DNA from: Candidatus Scatovivens sp.
GTDB taxonomy: Bacteria; Bacillota; Clostridia; TANB77; CAG-508
Assembly: GCA_045613965.1 (NCBI GenBank)
Contig: JAZLBY010000059.1
Span: 1-56,285, forward strand
Direction of reading: 5' to 3'
Length of the DNA: 56,285 bases
The notes below the pieces were generated by a model. It saw only the letters and a list, made by a program, of their open reading frames with translations, made no database searches and had not been told where the DNA came from. A program made the translations under genes and the position numbers. This document shows, one piece after another, positions 52,679-56,285 of this stretch (the first letter of the stretch is position 1; the number at the start of each line of letters is the position of its first letter).

Positions 52679-52981
52679 AAGTATTGAAAAACGCTGTTTA
52701 TGATAAACTAGGACTAAAATAAAAAATAGTGAAAAATTAACAAGAAAATTTATTTTTGATAAAATTATGAGAAAAAAAATGGTAAAAAATGATAAAAATG
52801 ATATATTTTTTTTTACAACACACTTTTCACTTTTATAGAAAAAAATTTTTTTTAAAAGAAATATTCCAACTAATAAAAGTCGTAAAGTTGTGAAAGTCTT
52901 AATTGGTAAGAGAAACAAACATAATTTACATAATTACATTAACTGGAATTAAAATTATTTTAATTATTTTTCAAAAAGGTA

Positions 52982-53010
52982 TTGACAAAAGAAAAAAGTT
53001 ATTATAAGAT
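52982..53010 (+). promoter_or_regulatory. promoter of the + strand (early) arm
   Basis: TTGACA, 17 nt spacer, TAAGAT. The first + strand gene follows at 53044. Confidence 0.5.
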
Positions 53011-53043
53011 AAGAGTATCAAATCAAGAAAGGAGTTGGGAGGA

Positions 53044-53271
53044 ATGGATTTAGGAATAAAGCTTCAGCTAAATGAAATGGAGGACAAAATAAACACAATT
53101 AAAGAGGAACTAGACTTTATAGGAAGCCAGAACTTGCTAATAATAAAGCAAAATGCAGCAAATGAACTGATGAATAGGGTAATACTAAATAAACTGGGAA
53201 TTGAGCCAGAAACAATTGATGAAATGATTAATGACATTAAAGAAAAAATAGACAAAGAATTTGGTGTTTAA
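53044..53271 (+). CDS. hypothetical coiled-coil protein (paralog of 53628..53807)
   Basis: ATG 9 nt after AAAGGAG. The IIKQNAANELMNRVILNKLGIEPETIDEMI segment resembles the paralog. Confidence 0.5.
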   Translation: MDLGIKLQLNEMEDKINTIKEELDFIGSQNLLIIKQNAANELMNRVILNKLGIEPETIDEMINDIKEKIDKEFGV

Positions 53272-53293
53272 GAAAGAAATGGAGGTGTTTGAA

Positions 53294-53611
53294 ATGGAAG
53301 AGATTATAAAAAAAGGAGAATATTGTAGGACCAGTAAAGGAATAATATTTCAAGCAGAAGCAACATTCTTATATGATGAACAATATAAAACTATGTTTGA
53401 ATGTGAGATTTGTGAACATAATGAAAGATTAGCTGTAATAATACACCCTAGAGACAAGGTCAATGGAAAAGTCTTAGTACAAAAGGAATACAATAATGAT
53501 GATACTTATATTTTTTATCTGCATGGTGGTTGTATTATAGGAGAAAATGATGTAGAAACAGTTTTGGCAAGAGAATACTTAGATAATGGAATATTTAAAG
53601 TAAAAAAATAA
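53294..53611 (+). CDS. hypothetical protein
   Basis: ATG after GGAGGTG. The N-terminus MEEIIKKGEYCRTSKGII resembles that of the ORF at 56004. Confidence 0.5.
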   Translation: MEEIIKKGEYCRTSKGIIFQAEATFLYDEQYKTMFECEICEHNERLAVIIHPRDKVNGKVLVQKEYNNDDTYIFYLHGGCIIGENDVETVLAREYLDNGIFKVKK

Positions 53612-53627
53612 AGGAGAATTAGTTAAT

Positions 53628-53807
53628 ATGGAAGAAAAATTAGATAATATAATTGAACAAAATAAACATATAATTAAACAAAACGATGCAATACTGATTA
53701 TGATGCAAGGAATTATGCTAAGGCAAGGATTTTCAGAAGAAGATTTAGAAACTATTATAAAAAATACAGAAAAAATAGTAAAAAGTAGATGGAGTGAGGA
53801 GAATTAG
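53628..53807 (+). CDS. hypothetical protein (59 aa)
   Basis: ATG after AAGGAG. IIKQNDAILIMMQGIMLRQGFSEEDLETII is paralogous to 53044..53271. Confidence 0.45.
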   Translation: MEEKLDNIIEQNKHIIKQNDAILIMMQGIMLRQGFSEEDLETIIKNTEKIVKSRWSEEN

Positions 53808-53809
53808 TT

Positions 53810-54352
53810 ATGGGAAAAAGAGATATGAAAAGAGCAATTAAAGTATTAAAAAGTCGCAGAGATGACATGATGAGAGCTATTGATAGTATAGACCATCTGC
53901 TTGAATGCAGCTTAAATAATTATAATTTTATGATAGACTTTGCAATCAAAAAAGGATTTAAAAGAGTTATTGATATAGGTTGTGCTTATGGTTATCAATC
54001 AGAATTATGCGAAGGTAAAATTGACTATGTTGGAGTAGATGAAGATTTGGTAAATTTCTATAATCAAGAGAGATATGACTATTATGTAGGTAAATATCCA
54101 CAAAAAATATCTTTTTTGATGGACGAAAGCGAAATAGCAATATCAAATCTAGCAATAGGTTGGAATTGCTATGTAAATGAAAAAGAATTTGAAAAACAAT
54201 GTAAAGCATTAGTAGAAGACTTTAAGGCTTGTTTGCTATATTTACCAACAGATAGAGAAAAAATATTGAATAAATATTTTAACCATGTAGAGATATATAA
54301 AAAAGAAGAAAGCAAATTTGTACCAACAGCATTTTACTATTGCTATAATTAG
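53810..54352 (+). CDS. possible SAM-dependent methyltransferase
   Basis: RVIDIGCAYGYQ resembles motif I (vlDiGcG.G). Nothing else is diagnostic. Confidence 0.35.
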   Translation: MGKRDMKRAIKVLKSRRDDMMRAIDSIDHLLECSLNNYNFMIDFAIKKGFKRVIDIGCAYGYQSELCEGKIDYVGVDEDLVNFYNQERYDYYVGKYPQKISFLMDESEIAISNLAIGWNCYVNEKEFEKQCKALVEDFKACLLYLPTDREKILNKYFNHVEIYKKEESKFVPTAFYYCYN

Positions 54353-54370
54353 GAAAGGAGTTAGATTAGT

Positions 54371-54802
54371 ATGAGATTGTGGCATTATCAATTAATACCA
54401 GTGTTACCAAATAAAATGTTAGTAAGTCAATGGCGAGAATGTATAGCGATAAAAAGACAATGGGAAAAAGGGACATTAAAACATAGACTTGTAAGTTATG
54501 TAATGGAGTATAATAAAGAATATTTTTTACAATATGTTCAGAATGTTGTTAGAGAACTAGATAAAAGAAATATACAATATAAAAAGGTTTATTATCAAGA
54601 AATAGATGAATTTTGTTGGCAAGATAAATTTTCTTTTGAATTATGTAATTACCCTGAACATAATCATAGATATTTAAAACAATGTTTCTATAATTTACAA
54701 GAAAAATATGACAGAGGTATTATTAGTGAAAAAGAATGGCAAAAAATATTAGATTATTTAGATTTTGATGTAAAATTTAGTCTTGTATTTGATACAAAAT
54801 AA
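54371..54802 (+). CDS. pyrimidine-dimer DNA glycosylase-like (DenV/TIGR02328-like) protein
   Basis: MRLWHYQLIPVLPNKMLVSQWREC matches the N-terminal signature MRLWH..LI..LP...L..Q.RE of that family as I recall it. Confidence 0.5.
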   Translation: MRLWHYQLIPVLPNKMLVSQWRECIAIKRQWEKGTLKHRLVSYVMEYNKEYFLQYVQNVVRELDKRNIQYKKVYYQEIDEFCWQDKFSFELCNYPEHNHRYLKQCFYNLQEKYDRGIISEKEWQKILDYLDFDVKFSLVFDTK

Positions 54803-54816
54803 GGAGAGTGAAACGA

Positions 54817-54993
54817 ATGATAACATTAGCATTTTGGAAAAAAGTTGAAGTAGAGAGCTATATAAGTTATTTAGGAGTAATATTGGTATCAATATTAACA
54901 ATAGTAGCAGATATTGTATTACTACCATTTGAAATATTAGCATTTTTATTACATTGGTTATTAGAAGGAGATTGGAGGGAATGGAATGAGTAA
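54817..54993 (+). CDS. small membrane protein
   Basis: ATG 10 nt after AAGGAG. Hydrophobic core. Confidence 0.45.
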   Translation: MITLAFWKKVEVESYISYLGVILVSILTIVADIVLLPFEILAFLLHWLLEGDWREWNE

Positions 54994-55243
54994 AACAAGT
55001 AGTACAACAGGAGAAAGTTTAAACTATACAATAAATAAAATAGATTATGTACAACAAGGTTGGCAATGTCCAATATGCAAAAGAGTATTAGCACCATTTG
55101 TAAGCATGTGTCCATGTAGTGGATTAAGCTGCAAAACAACAATGACTGTAGATGATTTATACAAATCTATAACAATAGATGCAAAAGAATTAGAAGAATA
55201 TTATGAAAAATGGAAAAATTGCAAAATAAAGGAGGAAAAATAA
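54986..55243 (+). CDS. small zinc-binding protein
   Basis: CPICKR ... CPC cluster. GGAGGG RBS. Confidence 0.5.
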   Translation: MSKTSSTTGESLNYTINKIDYVQQGWQCPICKRVLAPFVSMCPCSGLSCKTTMTVDDLYKSITIDAKELEEYYEKWKNCKIKEEK

Positions 55244-55244
55244 A

Positions 55245-55661
55245 ATGATATTATTAATTATAGCAATAATAGTAGTAATTATAGGATTTTGGTTATTATC
55301 ACAAAGTAAGAAAATAAATCAATTTGCAAAATCAACTTATTTTTTTGAGAGTGATATGTTTTATGCAGAGAACTTGCAACTTATAGCAGCAGGATTTTTA
55401 ATTGTAGGATTTACAGCATTAGGAATAGAATTAATAACTTTAGGGTTTAAGCCTATAGATTATAAGAAATTTAAAGTAGAATATGATGTAGTAAGAGAAA
55501 CAATAACAAATTCAGCAGATATGAGAGACACAAATTATACACAAAAATTAATCGAATTAAACACAGAAATAATGACAAATAGGGAATGGAAAGATAATCT
55601 TTGGGTAGGAATATATTATAATGAAAAAATAGCTGAATTAGATTTATTAAGGAAGGAATAG
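55245..55661 (+). CDS. membrane protein
   Basis: Two TM segments (ILLIIAIIVVIIGFWLL and LIAAGFLIVGFTALGIELI). Confidence 0.55.
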   Translation: MILLIIAIIVVIIGFWLLSQSKKINQFAKSTYFFESDMFYAENLQLIAAGFLIVGFTALGIELITLGFKPIDYKKFKVEYDVVRETITNSADMRDTNYTQKLIELNTEIMTNREWKDNLWVGIYYNEKIAELDLLRKE

Positions 55662-55664
55662 ATT

Positions 55665-55835
55665 ATGGAAGTAAATTTAAAAAGTTCAGAATGGTGCATA
55701 AATAAAATAGAACCAAAAAGCAAATTGAAAGTAACAGAGAATCTAAGTATAATGACAGAGAAGAAATATAATTGGTTACAGAAGAAAATGTGGAAGATGT
55801 TACTAAATATAGAGATAGAAGATATAAAGGAGTAG
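55665..55835 (+). CDS. hypothetical protein (56 aa)
   Basis: ATG 3 nt after the previous stop. Fills a gap. Confidence 0.4.
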   Translation: MEVNLKSSEWCINKIEPKSKLKVTENLSIMTEKKYNWLQKKMWKMLLNIEIEDIKE

Positions 55836-55838
55836 GTT

Positions 55839-56000
55839 ATGGAAGAAGAAGAAGATGGAATTATAGAAATGTTAGGAAACAGATATAAAATAGGCAATTT
55901 TAATGCTGAAACAGGAGCAATTGAATTTATAAAACTAAAAAAAGATGGAATATTTAAAAGAGCTTATAAAAAAATTATAAATAAATTAAAAGGTAGGTAA
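55839..56000 (+). CDS. hypothetical protein (53 aa)
   Basis: ATG after AAGGAG. Fills a gap. Confidence 0.4.
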   Translation: MEEEEDGIIEMLGNRYKIGNFNAETGAIEFIKLKKDGIFKRAYKKIINKLKGR

Positions 56001-56003
56001 ATT

Positions 56004-56285
56004 ATGGAAGAAATAAAAGTAGGAGATTATATAAGAACAAAAAAAGGAATTATTGCAAAATGTATTAGAGAACAACATGATAGATATGTTTTTAATAAAA
56101 TCATATTAGAAGAAGGATATTATATTGATTACATATTTAAAGATATTCCTAAATTACCTGAATATATAATAAAACATAGTCCAAATATAATAGACTTAAT
56201 AGAAGTAGGCGATTATGTTAATGAAGAATATGTTGGAAGTGTTAGCAAAGAAACTAAAACAGTGGAGATTGGCGAAGGTTGGACA
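56004..56285 (+). CDS. paralog of ORF 77..523, running off the window end
   Basis: KHSPNIIDLIEVGDYVN motif. No stop before the window end. Confidence 0.55.
   Translation, partial: MEEIKVGDYIRTKKGIIAKCIREQHDRYVFNKIILEEGYYIDYIFKDIPKLPEYIIKHSPNIIDLIEVGDYVNEEYVGSVSKETKTVEIGEGWT

Noticed and set aside
52655-52918. 87-aa minus-strand ORF in the terS / early-arm intergenic region.
   Set aside because: It gives an F/L/K-rich low-complexity translation of A/T-rich repeat DNA. It has no RBS and runs through the repeat clusters.

Overview
The window looks like a complete or nearly complete ~56-kb genome of a tailed dsDNA phage. The tail is siphovirus-type: tape-measure protein plus a G/GT chaperone pair, and no sheath gene. 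The host is probably a very A+T-rich Firmicute, likely Clostridia-like. Supporting markers are a CHAP + PG_binding endolysin, a Dp-1-type holin, XhlA, an AgrB-like motif and a BclA-C-terminal-like gene.

The genome has two arms.
- The + strand early/replication arm starts at a consensus promoter near 52982, runs off the window end, and continues from 1 to 16361. It carries a YopX protein, a multi-TRD cytosine-5 methyltransferase, a D5/P4-type primase-helicase, a RecT-like protein with a PD-(D/E)XK exonuclease, SSB, a RecU-like resolvase, an SF2 helicase and a CHC2 zinc-finger protein.
- The - strand late arm runs from 52285 down to 16419. It carries terS, dUTPase, thymidine kinase, tRNA-Thr, terL, portal, scaffold, decoration protein, gpE-type capsid, connectors, major tail protein, G/GT, TMP, tail tip and fibres, an accessory island, tRNA-Cys, holin and endolysin.
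- The arms converge at a terminator at about 16361-16400. I recognised no integrase, repressor or partition gene.

Most interesting observations:
1. A self-contained promoter-to-terminator cassette (21739-23363). It encodes XhlA, a 6-TM protein, a 16-aa Cys peptide with a strong RBS, and a protein joining an AgrB-like membrane motif to a sigma-region-4-like HTH.
2. A visibly G+C-richer block (about 49.2-52.7 kb) that separates terS from terL. It carries an opposite-strand cassette and is decorated with dense short-repeat arrays: AAAGTCG x10, CTCCCTAA x8, and five phased 11-bp repeats. It also holds an A/T-only tract and G+C-rich hairpins, so it is a candidate pac/ori/control region.
3. A 641-aa C5-methyltransferase with three TRD-like modules and an internal HTH-like insert.
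4. Four genes that each appear split by a single-nucleotide frameshift.

All functional calls come from reading motifs by eye. No database search was run.
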